Source of the DNA: Nemertoderma westbladi
Taxonomy: Eukaryota > Animalia > Xenacoelomorpha
Length of the DNA: 64,000 nt
Direction of reading: 5' to 3'
Assembly (NCBI GenBank): GCA_032718475.1
Contig: JAUCBJ010007849.1
Location: 9,724 to 73,723 of the forward strand
Shown here: positions 22,801 to 37,800 of the stretch, one piece after another
How the letters are laid out: every line of letters begins with the position of its first letter
How positions within the stretch are numbered: the first letter of the stretch is position 1
Program-made: the position numbers and the translations under genes
The notes under the pieces: model-generated
Seen by the model: only the letters and a program-made list of their open reading frames with translations
Told to the model about the DNA's origin: nothing
Databases searched by the model: none

Positions 22801-25800
22801 ACAGGTTGCTCCTATAGTCTCAATATTCTCTATACAATTACTTTCACTTTCCACAGGTTGCTCCTATAGTCTCAATATTCTCTATACAATTACTTTCACT
22901 TTCCACAGGTTGCTCTTATAGTCTCAATATTATCTATACAATTACTTTCACTTTCCACAGGTTGCTCCTATAGTCTCAATATTCTCTATACAATTACTTT
23001 CACTTTCCACAGGTTGCTCCTATAGTCTCAATATTATCTATACAATTACTTTCACTTTCCACAGGTTGCTCCTATAGTCTCAATATTCTCTATACAATTA
23101 CTTTCACTTTCCACAGGTTGCTCCTATAGTCTCAATATTATCTATACAATTACTTTCACTTTCCACAGGTTGCTCCTATAGTCTCAATATTATCTATACA
23201 ATTACTTTCACTTTCCACAGGTTGCTCTTATAGTCTCAATATTCTCTATACAATTACTTTCACTTTCCACAGGTTGCTCCTATAGTCTCAATATTCTCTA
23301 TACAATTACTTTCACTTTCCACAGAGGCTCCTATAGTCTCAATATTCTCTATACAATTACTTTCACTTTCCACAGGTTGCTCCTATAGTCTCAATATTCT
23401 CTAAACAATTACTTTCAATTTCCACAGGTTGCTCCTATAGTCTCAATATTATCTATACAATTACTTTCACTTTCCACAGGTTGCTCCTATAGTCTCAATA
23501 TTATCTATACAATTACTTTCACTTTCCACAGGTTGCTCTTATAGTCTCAATATTCTCTATACAATTACTTTCACTTTCCACAGGTTGCTCCTATAGTCTC
23601 AATATTCTCTATACAATTACTTTCACTTTCCACAGGTTGCTCCTATAGTCTCAATATTATCTATACAATTACTTTCACTTTCCACAGGTTGCTCCTATAG
23701 TCTCAATATTCTCTATACAATTACTTTCACTTTCCACAGGTTGCTCCTATAGTCTCAATATTCTCTATACAATTACTTTCACTTTCCACAGGTTGCTCCT
23801 ATAGTCTCAATATTCTCTATACAATTACTTTCACTTTCCACAGGTTGCTCCTATAGTCTCAATATTCTCTAAACAATTACTTTCACTTTCCACAGGTTGC
23901 TTCTATAGTCTCAATATTCTCTATACAATTACTTTCACTTTCCACAGGTTGCTCCTATAGTCTCAATATTCTCTATACAATTACTTTCACTTTCCACAGG
24001 TTGCTCCTATAGTCTCAATATTCTCTAAACAATTACTTTCAATTTCCACAGGTTGCTCCTATAGTCTCAATATTCTCTATACAATTACTTTCACTTTCCA
24101 CAGGTTGCTCCTATAGTCTCAATATTCTCTATACAATTACTTTCACTTTCCACAGGTTGCTCCTATAGTCTCAATATTTTCTAAACAATTACTTTCAATT
24201 TCCACAGGTTGCTCCTATAGTCTCAATATTCTCTATACAATTACTTTCACTTTCCACAGGTTGCTCCTATAGTCTCAATATTCTCTAATACAATTACTTT
24301 CACTTTCCACAGGTTGCTCCTATAGTCTCAATATTCTCTATACAATTACTTTCACTTTCCACAGGTTGCTCCTATAGTCTCAATATTCTCTAAACAATTA
24401 CTTTCAATTTCCACAGGTTGCTCCTATAGTCTCAATATTCTCTATACAATTACTTTCACTTTCCACAGGTTGCTCCTATAGTCTCAATATTATCTATACA
24501 ATTACTTTCACTTTCCACAGGTTGCTCCTATAGTCTCAATATTCTCTAGAAAATTACTTTCACTTTCCACAGGTTGCTCCTATAGTCTCAATATTCTCTA
24601 TACAATTACTTTCACTTTCCACAGGTTGCTCCTATAGTCTCAATATTCTCTATACAATTACTTTCACTTTCCACAGGTTGCTCCTATAGTCTCAATATTA
24701 TCTATACAATTACTTTCACTTTCCACAGGTTGCTCCTATAGTCTCAATATTCTCTATACAATTACTTTCACTTTCCACAGGTTGCTCCTATAGTCTCAAT
24801 ATTCTCTATACAATTACTTTCACTTTCCACAGGTTGCTCCTATAGGCTCAATATTCTCTATACAATTACTTTCACTTTCCACGAGTTGCTCCTATAGTCT
24901 CAATATTCTCTATACAATTACTTTCACTTTCCACAGGTTGCTCCTATGGTCTCAATATTCTCTATACAATTACTTTCACTTTCCACAGGTTGCTTCTATA
25001 GTCTCAATATTCTCTATACAATTACTTTCACTTTCCACGAGTTGCTCCTATAGTCTCAATATTCTCTATACAATTACTTTCACTTTCCACAGGTTGCTCC
25101 TATAGTCTCAATATTCTCTATACAATTACTTTCACTTTCCACAGGTTGCTCCTATAACCTCAATATTCTCTATACAATTACTTTCACTTTCCACAGGTTG
25201 CTCCTATAGTCTCAATATTCTCTATACAATTACTTTCACTTTCCACAAGTGGCTCCTATAGTCTCAATATTATCTATACAATTACTTTCACTTTCCACAA
25301 GTGGCTCCTATAGTCTCAATATTCTCTATACAATTACTTTCACTTTCCACAAGTGGCTCCTATAGTCTCAATATTCTCTATACAATTACTTTCACTTTCC
25401 ACAAGTGGCTCCTATAGTCTCAATATTCTCTATACAATTACTTTCACTTTCCACAAGTGGCTCCTATAGTCTCAATATTATCTATACAATTACTTTCACT
25501 TTCCACGAGTTGCTCCTATAGACTCAATATTATCTATACAATTACTTTCACTTTCCACAGGTTGCTCCTATAGTCTCAATATTCTCTATACAATTACTTT
25601 CACTTTCCACAGGTTGCTTCTATAGTCTCAATATTCTCTATACAATTACTTTCACTTTCCACGAGATGCTCCTATAGTCTCAATATTCTCTATACAATTA
25701 CTTTCACTTTCCACAGGTTGCTCCTATAGTCTCAATATTCTCTATACAATTACTTTCACTTTCCACAGGTTGCTTCTATAGTCTCAATATTCTCTATACA

Positions 25801-28800
25801 ATTACTTTCACTTTCCACGAGTTGCTCCTATAGTCTCAATATTCTCTATACAATTACTTTCACTTTCCACAGGTTGCTCCTATAGTCTCAATATTCTCTA
25901 TACAATTACTTTCACTTTCCACAGGTTGCTCCTATAGTCTCAATATTATCTATACAATTACTTTCACTTTCCACAAGTGGCTCCTATAGTCTCAATATTC
26001 TCTATACAATTACTTTCACTTTCCACGAGTTGCTCCTATAGTCTCAATATTCTCTATACAATTACTTTCACTTTCCACAGGTTGCTCCTATAGTCTCAAT
26101 ATTCTCTATACAATTACTTTCACTTTCCACAGGTTGCTCCTATAGTCTCAATATTCTCTATACAATTACTTTCACTTTCCACAGGTTGCTCCTATAGTCT
26201 CAATATTCTCTATACAATTACTTTCACTTTCCACAGGTTGCTCCTATAGTCTCAATATTCTCTATACAATTACTTTCACTTTCCACAGGTTGCTCCTATA
26301 GTCTCAATATTCTCTATACAATTACTTTCACTTTCCACAGGTTGCTCCTATAGTCTCAATATTCTCTATACAATTACTTTCACTTTCCACAGGTTGCTCC
26401 TATAGTCTCAATATTCTCTATACAATTACTTTCACTTTCCACAGGTTGCTCCTATAGTCTCAATATTCTCTATACAATTACTTTCACTTTCCACAGGTTG
26501 CTCCTATAGTCTCAATATTCTCTATACAATTACTTTCACTTTCCACAGGTTGCTCCTATAGTCTCAATATTCTCTATACAATTACTTTCACTTTCCACAG
26601 GTTGCTCCTATAGTCTCAATATTCTCTATACAATTACTTTCACTTTCCACAGGTTGCTCCTATAGTCTCAATATTCTCTATACAATTACTTTCACTTTCC
26701 ACAGGTTGCTCCTATAGTCTCAATATTCTCTATACAATTACTTTCACTTTCCACAGGTTGCTCCTATAGTCTCAATATTCTCTATACAATTACTTTCACT
26801 TTCCACAGGTTGCTCCTATAGTCTCAATATTCTCTATACAATTACTTTCACTTTCCACAGGTTGCTCCTATAGTCTCAATATTATCTATACAATTACTTT
26901 CACTTTCCACGAGTTGCTCCTATAGTCTCAATATTCTCTATACAATTACTTTCACTTTCCACAGGTTGCTTTTATAGTCTCAATATTCTCTATACAATTA
27001 CTTTCACTTTCCACAGCTCCTATAGTCTCAATATTCTCTATACAATTACTTTCACTTTCCACAGGTTGCTCCTATAGTCTCAATATTCTCTAAACAATTA
27101 CTTTCAATTTCCACAGGTTGCTCCTATAGTCTCAATATTCTCTATACAATTACTTTCACTTTCCACAGGTTGCTCCTATAGTCTCAATATTATCTATACA
27201 ATTACTTTCACTTTCCACAGGTTGCTCCTATAGTCTCAATATTCTCTATAAAATTACTTTCACTTTCCACAGGTTGCTCCTATAGTCTCAATATTCTCTA
27301 TACAATTACTTTCACTTTCCACAGGTTGCTCCTATAGTCTCAATATTCTCTATACAATTACTTTCACTTTCCACAGGTTGCTCCTATAGTCTCAATATTA
27401 TCTATACAATTACTTTCACTTTCCACAGGTTGCTCCTATAGTCTCAATATTCTCTATACAATTACTTTCACTTTCCACAGGTTGCTCCTATAGTCTCAAT
27501 ATTCTCTATACAATTACTTTCACTTTCCACAGGTTGCTCCTATAGGCTCAATATTCTCTATACAATTACTTTCACTTTCCACGAGTTGCTCCTATAGTCT
27601 CAATATTCTCTATACAATTACTTTCACTTTCCACAGGTTGCTCCTATAGTCTCAATATTCTCTATACAATTACTTTCACTTTCCACAGGTTGCTTCTATA
27701 GTCTCAATATTCTCTATACAATTACTTTCACTTTCCACGAGTTGCTCCTATAGTCTCAATATTCTCTATACAATTACTTTCACTTTCCACAGGTTGCTCC
27801 TATAGTCTCAATATTCTCTATACAATTACTTTCACTTTCCACAGGTTGCTCCTATAACCTCAATATTCTCTATACAATTACTTTCACTTTCCACAGGTTG
27901 CTCCTATAGTCTCAATATTCTCTATACAATTACTTTCACTTTCCACAAGTGGTTCCTATAGTCTCAATATTATCTATACAATTACTTTCACTTTCCACAA
28001 GTGGCTCCTATAGTCTCAATATTCTCTATACAATTACTTTCACTTTCCACAAGTGGCTCCTATAGTCTCAATATTCTCTATACAATTACTTTCACTTTCC
28101 ACAAGTGGCTCCTATAGTCTCAATATTCTCTATACAATTACTTTCACTTTCCACAAGTGGCTCCTATAGTCTCAATATTATCTATACAATTACTTTCACT
28201 TTCCACGAGTTGCTCCTATAGACTCAATATTATCTATACAATTACTTTCACTTTCCACAGGTTGCTCCTATAGTCTCAATATTCTCTATACAATTACTTT
28301 CACTTTCCACAGGTTGCTTCTATAGTCTCAATATTCTCTATACAATTACTTTCACTTTCCACGAGATGCTCCTATAGTCTCAATATTCTCTATACAATTA
28401 CTTTCACTTTCCACAGGTTGCTCCTATAGTCTCAATATTCTCTATACAATTACTTTCACTTTCCACAGGTTGCTTCTATAGTCTCAATATTCTCTATACA
28501 ATTACTTTCACTTTCCACGAGTTGCTCCTATAGTCTCAATATTCTCTATACAATTACTTTCACTTTCCACAGGTTGCTCCTATAGTCTCAATATTCTCTA
28601 TACAATTACTTTCACTTTCCACAGGTTGCTCCTATAGTCTCAATATTATCTATACAATTACTTTCACTTTCCACAAGTGGCTCCTATAGTCTCAATATTC
28701 TCTATACAATTACTTTCACTTTCCACGAGTTGCTCCTATAGTCTCAATATTCTCTATACAATTACTTTCACTTTCCACAGGTTGCTCCTATAGTCTCAAT

Positions 28801-31800
28801 ATTCTCTATACAATTACTTTCACTTTCCACAGGTTGCTCCTATAGTCTCAATATTCTCTATACAATTACTTTCACTTTCCACAGGTTGCTCCTATAGTCT
28901 CAATATTCTCTATACAATTACTTTCACTTTCCACAGGTTGCTCCTATAGTCTCAATATTCTCTATACAATTACTTTCACTTTCCACAGGTTGCTCCTATA
29001 GTCTCAATATTCTCTATACAATTACTTTCACTTTCCACAGGTTGCTCCTATAGTCTCAATATTCTCTATACAATTACTTTCACTTTCCACAGGTTGCTCC
29101 TATAGTCTCAATATTCTCTATACAATTACTTTCACTTTCCACAGGTTGCTCCTATAGTCTCAATATTCTCTATACAATTACTTTCACTTTCCACAGGTTG
29201 CTCCTATAGTCTCAATATTCTCTATACAATTACTTTCACTTTCCACAGGTTGCTCCTATAGTCTCAATATTCTCTATACAATTACTTTCACTTTCCACAG
29301 GTTGCTCCTATAGTCTCAATATTCTCTATACAATTACTTTCACTTTCCACAGGTTGCTCCTATAGTCTCAATATTCTCTATACAATTACTTTCACTTTCC
29401 ACAGGTTGCTCCTATAGTCTCAATATTCTCTATACAATTACTTTCACTTTCCACAGGTTGCTCCTATAGTCTCAATATTCTCTATACAATTACTTTCACT
29501 TTCCACAGGTTGCTCCTATAGTCTCAATATTCTCTAAACAATTACTTTCACTTTCCACAGGTTGCTCCTATAGTCTCAATATTCTCTATACAATTACTTT
29601 CACTTTCCACGAGTTGCTCCTATAGTCTCAATATTCTCTATACAATTACTTTCACTTTCCACAGGTTGCTTCTATAGTCTCAATATTCTCTATACAATTA
29701 CTTTCACTTTCCACAGTGCTCCTATAGTCTCAATATTCTCTATACAATTACTTTCACTTTCCACAGGTTGCTTCTATAGTCTCAATATTCTCTATACAAT
29801 TACTTTCACTTTCCACAGGTTGCTCCTATATACTCAATATTCTCTATACAATTACTTTCACTTTCCACAGGTTGCTTCTATAGTCTCAATATTCTCTATA
29901 CAATTACTTTCACTTTCCACAGGTTGCTCCTATATACTCAATATTCTCTATACAATTACTTTCACTTTCCACAGGTTGCTCCTATAGTCTCAATATTCTC
30001 TATACAATTACTTTCACTTTCCACAGGTTGCTTCTATAGTCTCAATATTCTCTATACAATTACTTTCACTTTCCACAGGTTGCTCCTATAGTACTCAATA
30101 TTCTCTATACAATTACTTTCACTTTCCACAGGTTGCTCCTATAGTCTCAATATTCTCTAATACAATTACTTTCACTTTCCACAGGTTGCTCCTATAGTCT
30201 CAATATTCTCTATACAATTACTTTCACTTTCCACAGGTTGCTCCTATAGTCTCAATATTCTCTAAACAATTACTTTCAATTTCCACAGGTTGCTCCTATA
30301 GTCTCAATATTCTCTATACAATTACTTTCACTTTCCACAGGTTGCTCCTATAGTCTCAATATTCTCTAAACAATTACTTTCAATTTCCACAAGTGGCTCC
30401 TATAGTCTCAATATTCTCTATACAATTACTTTCACTTTCCACAGGTTGCTCCTATAGTCTCAATATTCTCTATACAATTACTTTCACTTTCCACAGGTTG
30501 CTCCTATAGTCTCAATATTCTCTATACAATTACTTTCAATTTCCACAGGTTGCTCCTATAGTCTCAATATTCTCTATACAATTACTTTCACTTTCCACAG
30601 GTTGCTCCTATAGTCTCAATATTCTCTAATACAATTACTTTCACTTTCCACAGGTTGCTCCTATAGTCTCAATATTCTCTATACAATTACTTTCACTTTC
30701 CACAGGTTGCTCCTATAGTCTCAATATTCTCTAAACAATTACTTTCAATTTCCACAGGTTGCTCCTATAGTCTCAATATTCTCTATACAATTACTTTCAC
30801 TTTCCACAGGTTGCTCCTATAGTCTCAATATTCTCTATACAATTACTTTCACTTTCCACAGGTTGCTCCTATAGTCTCAATATTCTCTAATACAATTACT
30901 TTGACTTTCCACGAGTTGCTCCTATAGTCTCAATATTCTCTATACAATTACTTTCACTTTCCACAGGTTGCTCCTATAGTCTCAATATTCTCTATACAAT
31001 TACTTTCACTTTCCACAGGTTGCTTCTATAGTCTCAATATTCTCTATACAATTACTTTCACTTTCCACGAGTTGCTCCTATAGTCTCAATATTCTCTATA
31101 CAATTACTTTCACTTTCCACAGGTTGCTCCTATAGTCTCAATATTCTCTATACAATTACTTTCACTTTCCACAGGTTGCTCCTATAGTCTCAATATTCTC
31201 TATACAATTACTTTCACTTTCCACAGGTTGCTTCTATAGTCTCAATATTCTCTATACAATTACTTTCACTTTCCACAGGTTGCTCCTATAGTACTCAATA
31301 TTCTCTATACAATTACTTTCACTTTCCACAGGTTGCTCTTATAGTCTCAATATTCTCTATACAATTACTTTCACTTTCCACAGGTTGCTCCTATAGTCTC
31401 AATATTCTCTATACAATTACTTTCACTTTCCACAGGTTGCTCCTATAGACTCAATATTCTCTAAACAATTACTTTCAATTTCCACAGGTTGCTCTTATAG
31501 TCTCAATATTCTCTATACAATTACTTTCACTTTCCACAGGTTGCTCCTATAGTCTCAATATTATCTATACAATTACTTTCACTTTCCACAGGTTGCTCCT
31601 ATAGACTCAATATTCTCTAAACAATTACTTTCAATTTCCACAGGTTGCTCTTATAGTCTCAATATTCTCTATACAATTACTTTCACTTTCCACAGGTTGC
31701 TCCTATAGTCTCAATATTCTCTATACAATTACTTTCACTTTCCACAGGTTGCTCCTATAGTCTCAATATTCTCTATACAATTACTTTCACTTTCCACAGG

Positions 31801-34800
31801 TTGCTCCTATAACCTCAATATTATCTATACAATTACTTTCACTTTCCACAGGTTGCTCCTATAGACTCAATATTCTCTATACAATTACTTTCACTTTCCA
31901 CAGGTTGCTCCTATAGTCTCAATATTCTCTATACAATTACTTTCACTTTCCACAGGTTGCTCCTATAGTCTCAATATTCTCTATACAATTACTTTCACTT
32001 TCCACAGGTTGCTCCTATAGTCTCAATATTCTCTATACAATTACTTTCACTTTCCACAGGTTGCTCCTATAGTCTCAATATTCTCTATACAATTACTTTC
32101 ACTTTCCACAGGTTGCTCCTATAACCTCAATATTATCTATACAATTACTTTCACTTTCCACAGGTTGCTCCTATAACCTCAATATTATCTATACAATTAC
32201 TTTCACTTTCCACGAATTGCTCCTATAGACTCAATATTCTCTATACAATTACTTTCAATTTCCACAGGTTGCTCCTATAGTCTCAATATTCTCTATACAA
32301 TTACTTTCACTTTCCACAGGTTGCTCTTATAGTCTCAATATTCTCTATACAATTACTTTCACTTTCCACAGGTTGCTCCTATAGTCTCAATATTCTCTAT
32401 ACAATTACTTTCACTTTCCACAGGTTGCTCCTATAACCTCAATATTATCTATACAATTACTTTCACTTTCCACAGGTTGCTCCTATAACCTCAATATTAT
32501 CTATACAATTACTTTCACTTTCCACGAATTGCTCCTATAGACTCAATATTCTCTATACAATTACTTTCAATTTCCACAGGTTGCTCCTATAGTCTCAATA
32601 TTATCTATACAATTACTTTCACTTTCCACAGGTTGCTCTTATAGTCTCAATATTCTCTATACAATTACTTTCACTTTCCACAGGTTGCTCCTATAGTCTC
32701 AATATTCTCTATACAATTACTTTCACTTTCCACAGGTTGCTCCTATAGTCTCAATATTCTCTATACAATTACTTTCACTTTCCACAGGTTGCTCCTATAA
32801 CCTCAATATTATCTATACAATTACTTTCACTTTCCACAGGTTGCTCCTATAACCTCAATATTATCTATACAATTACTTTCACTTTCCACGAATTGCTCCT
32901 ATAGACTCAATATTCTCTATACAATTACTTTCAATTTCCACAGGTTGCTCCTATAGTCTCAATATTCTCTATACAATTACTTTCACTTTCCACAGGTTGC
33001 TCTTATAGTCTCAATATTCTCTATACAATTACTTTCACTTTCCACAGGTTGCTCCTATAGTCTCAATATTCTCTATACAATTACTTTCACTTTCCACAGG
33101 TTGCTCCTATAACCTCAATATTATCTATACAATTACTTTCACTTTCCACAGGTTGCTCCTATAACCTCAATATTATCTATACAATTACTTTCACTTTCCA
33201 CGAATTGCTCCTATAGACTCAATATTCTCTATACAATTACTTTCAATTTCCACAGGTTGCTCCTATAGTCTCAATATTATCTATACAATTACTTTCACTT
33301 TCCACAGGTTGCTCTTATAGTCTCAATATTCTCTATACAATTACTTTCACTTTCCACAGGTTGCTCCTATAGTCTCAATATTCTCTATACAATTACTTTC
33401 ACTTTCCACAGGTTGCTCCTATAGTCTCAATATTCTCTATACAATTACTTTCACTTTCCACAGGTTGCTTCTATAGTCTCAATATTCTCTATACAATTAC
33501 TTTCACTTTCCACAGGTTGCTCCTATAGACTCAATATTCTCTATACAATTACTTTCACTTTCCACGAATTGCTCCTATAGTCTCAATATTCTCTAAACAA
33601 TTACTTTCAATTTCCACAGGTTGCTCCTATAGTCTCAATATTCTCTATACAATTACTTTCACTTTCCACAGGTTGCTCCTATAGGCTCAATATTCTCTAA
33701 TACAATTACTTTCAATTTCCACAGGTTGCTCTTATAGTCTCAATATTCTCTATACAATTACTTTCACTTTCCACAGGTTGCTCCTATAGTCTCAATATTC
33801 TCTATACAATTACTTTCACTTTCCACAGGTTGCTCCTATAGGCTCAATATTCTCTAATACAATTACTTTCAATTTCCACAGGTTGCTCTTATAGTCTCAA
33901 TATTCTCTATACAATTACTTTCACTTTCCAAAGGTTGCTCTTATAGTCTCAATATTCTCTATACAATTACTTTCACTTTCCACAGGTTGCTTCTATAGTC
34001 TCAATATTCTCTATACAATTACTTTCACTTTCCACAGGTTGCTCCTATAGACTCAATATTCTCTATACAATTACTTTCACTTTCCACAGGTTGCTCCTAT
34101 AGGCTCAATATTCTCTAATACAATTACTTTCAATTTCCACAGGTTGCTCTTATAGTCTCAATATTCTCTATACAATTACTTTCACTTTCCAAAGGTTGCT
34201 CTTATAGTCTCAATATTCTCTATACAATTACTTTCACTTTCCACAGGTTGCTTCTATAGTCTCAATATTCTCTATACAATTACTTTCACTTTCCACAGGT
34301 TGCTCCTATAGGCTCAATATTCTCTAATACAATTACTTTCAATTTCCACAGGTTGCTCTTATAGTCTCAATATTCTCTATACAATTACTTTCACTTTCCA
34401 AAGGTTGCTCTTATAGTCTCAATATTCTCTATACAATTACTTTCACTTTCCACAAGTTGCTCCTATAGTCTCAATATTCTCTATACAATTACTTTCACTT
34501 TCCACAGGTTGCTCCTATAGTCTCAATATTCTCTATACAATTACTTTCACTTTCCACAGGTTGCTCCTATAGTCTCAATATTCTCTATACAATTACTTTC
34601 ACTTTCCACAGGTTGCTTCTATAGTCTCAATATTCTCTATACAATTACTTTCACTTTCCACAGGTTGCTCCTATAGACTCAATATTCTCTATACAATTAC
34701 TTTCACTTTCCACGAATTGCTCTTATAGTCTCAATATTCTCTATACAATTACTTTCACTTTCCACAGGTTGCTCCTATAGTCTCAATATTCTCTATACAA

Positions 34801-37800
34801 TTACTTTCACTTTCCACAGGTTGCTCCTATAGACTCAATATTCTCTAAACAATTACTTTCAATTTCCACAGGTTGCTCTTATAGTCTCAATATTCTCTAT
34901 ACAATTACTTTCACTTTCCACAGGTTGCTCCTATAGTCTCAATATTATCTATACAATTACTTTCACTTTCCACAGGTTGCTCCTATAGACTCAATATTCT
35001 CTAAACAATTACTTTCAATTTCCACAGGTTGCTCTTATAGTCTCAATATTCTCTATACAATTACTTTCACTTTCCACAGGTTGCTCCTATAGTCTCAATA
35101 TTCTCTATACAATTACTTTCACTTTCCACAGGTTGCTCCTATAGTCTCAATATTCTCTATACAATTACTTTCACTTTCCACAGGTTGCTCCTATAACCTC
35201 AATATTATCTATACAATTACTTTCACTTTCCACAGGTTGCTCCTATAGACTCAATATTCTCTATACAATTACTTTCACTTTCCACAGGTTGCTCCTATAG
35301 TCTCAATATTCTCTATACAATTACTTTCACTTTCCACAGGTTGCTCCTATAGTCTCAATATTCTCTATACAATTACTTTCACTTTCCACAGGTTGCTCCT
35401 ATAGTCTCAATATTCTCTATACAATTACTTTCACTTTCCACAGGTTGCTCCTATAGTCTCAATATTCTCTATACAATTACTTTCACTTTCCACAGGTTGC
35501 TCCTATAACCTCAATATTATCTATACAATTACTTTCACTTTCCACAGGTTGCTCCTATAACCTCAATATTATCTATACAATTACTTTCACTTTCCACGAA
35601 TTGCTCCTATAGACTCAATATTCTCTATACAATTACTTTCAATTTCCACAGGTTGCTCTTATAGTCTCAATATTCTCTATACAATTACTTTCACTTTCCA
35701 CAGGTTGCTCCTATAGTCTCAATATTCTCTATACAATTACTTTCACTTTCCACAGGTTGCTCCTATAGTCTCAATATTCTCTATACAATTACTTTCACTT
35801 TCCACAGGTTGCTTCTATAGTCTCAATATTCTCTATACAATTACTTTCACTTTCCACAGGTTGCTCCTATAGACTCAATATTCTCTATACAATTACTTTC
35901 ACTTTCCACGAATTGCTCCTATAGTCTCAATATTCTCTAAACAATTACTTTCAATTTCCACAGGTTGCTCCTATAGTCTCAATATTCTCTATACAATTAC
36001 TTTCACTTTCCACAGGTTGCTCCTATAGGCTCAATATTCTCTAATACAATTACTTTCAATTTCCACAGGTTGCTCTTATAGTCTCAATATTCTCTATACA
36101 ATTACTTTCAATTTCCACAGGTTGCTCCTATAGTCTCAATATTCTCTATACAATTACTTTCACTTTCCACAGGTTGCTTCTATAGTCTCAATATTCTCTA
36201 AACAATTACTTTCACTTTCCACAGGTTGCTCCTATAGGCTCAATATTCTCTAATACAATTACTTTCAATTTCCACAGGTTGCTCTTATAGTCTCAATATT
36301 CTCTATACAATTACTTTCAATTTCCACAGGTTGCTCCTATAGTCTCAATATTCTCTATACAATTACTTTCACTTTCCACAGGTTGCTCCTATAGGCTCAA
36401 TATTCTCTAATACAATTACTTTCAATTTCCACAGGTTGCTCTTATAGTCTCAATATTCTCTATACAATTACTTTCAATTTCCACAGGTTGCTCCTATAGT
36501 CTCAATATTCTCTATACAATTACTTTCACTTTCCACAGGTTGCTCCTATAGTCTCAATATTCTCTATACAATTACTTTCACTTTCCACAGGTTGCTCCTA
36601 TAGGCTCAATATTCTCTAATACAATTACTTTGACTTTCCACGAGTTGCTCCTATAGTCTCAATATTCTCTATACAATTACTTTCACTTTCCACAGGTTGC
36701 TCCTATAGTCTCAATATTCTCTATACAATTACTTTCACTTTCCACAGGTTGCTACTATAGTCTCAATATTCTCTAAACAATTACTTTCAATTTCCACAGG
36801 TTGCTCCTATAGTCTCAATATTCTCTATACAATTACTTTCACTTTCCACAGGTTGCTCCTATAGTCTCAATATTCTCTATACAATTACTTTCACTTTCCA
36901 CAGGTTGCTCCTATAGGCTCAATATTCTCTAATACAATTACTTTGACTTTCCACGAGTTGCTCCTATAGTCTCAATATTCTCTATACAATTACTTTCACT
37001 TTCCACAGGTTGCTTCTATAGACTCAATATTCTCTAAACAATTACTTTCACTTTCCACAGGTTGCTCCTATAGTCTCAATATTCTCTATACAATTACTTT
37101 CACTTTCCACAAGTTGCTTCTATAGTCTCAATATTCTCTATACAATTACTTTCACTTTCCACAGGTTGCTTCTATAGTCTCAATATTCTCTATACAATTA
37201 CTTTCACTTTCCACAGGTTGCTCCTATAGACTCAATATTCTCTATACAATTACTTTCACTTTCCACGAATTGCTCCTATAGTCTCAATATTCTCTAAACA
37301 ATTACTTTCAATTTCCACAGGTTGCTCCTATAGTCTCAATATTCTCTATACAATTACTTTCACTTTCCACAGGTTGCTCCTATAGGCTCAATATTCTCTA
37401 ATACAATTACTTTCAATTTCCACAGGTTGCTCTTATAGTCTCAATATTCTCTATACAATTACTTTCAATTTCCACAGGTTGCTCCTATAGTCTCAATATT
37501 CTCTATACAATTACTTTCACTTTCCACAGGTTGCTTCTATAGTCTCAATATTCTCTAAACAATTACTTTCACTTTCCACAGGTTGCTCCTATAGGCTCAA
37601 TATTCTCTAATACAATTACTTTCAATTTCCACAGGTTGCTCTTATAGTCTCAATATTCTCTATACAATTACTTTCAATTTCCACAGGTTGCTCCTATAGT
37701 CTCAATATTCTCTATACAATTACTTTCACTTTCCACAGGTTGCTCCTATAGGCTCAATATTCTCTAATACAATTACTTTCAATTTCCACAGGTTGCTCTT

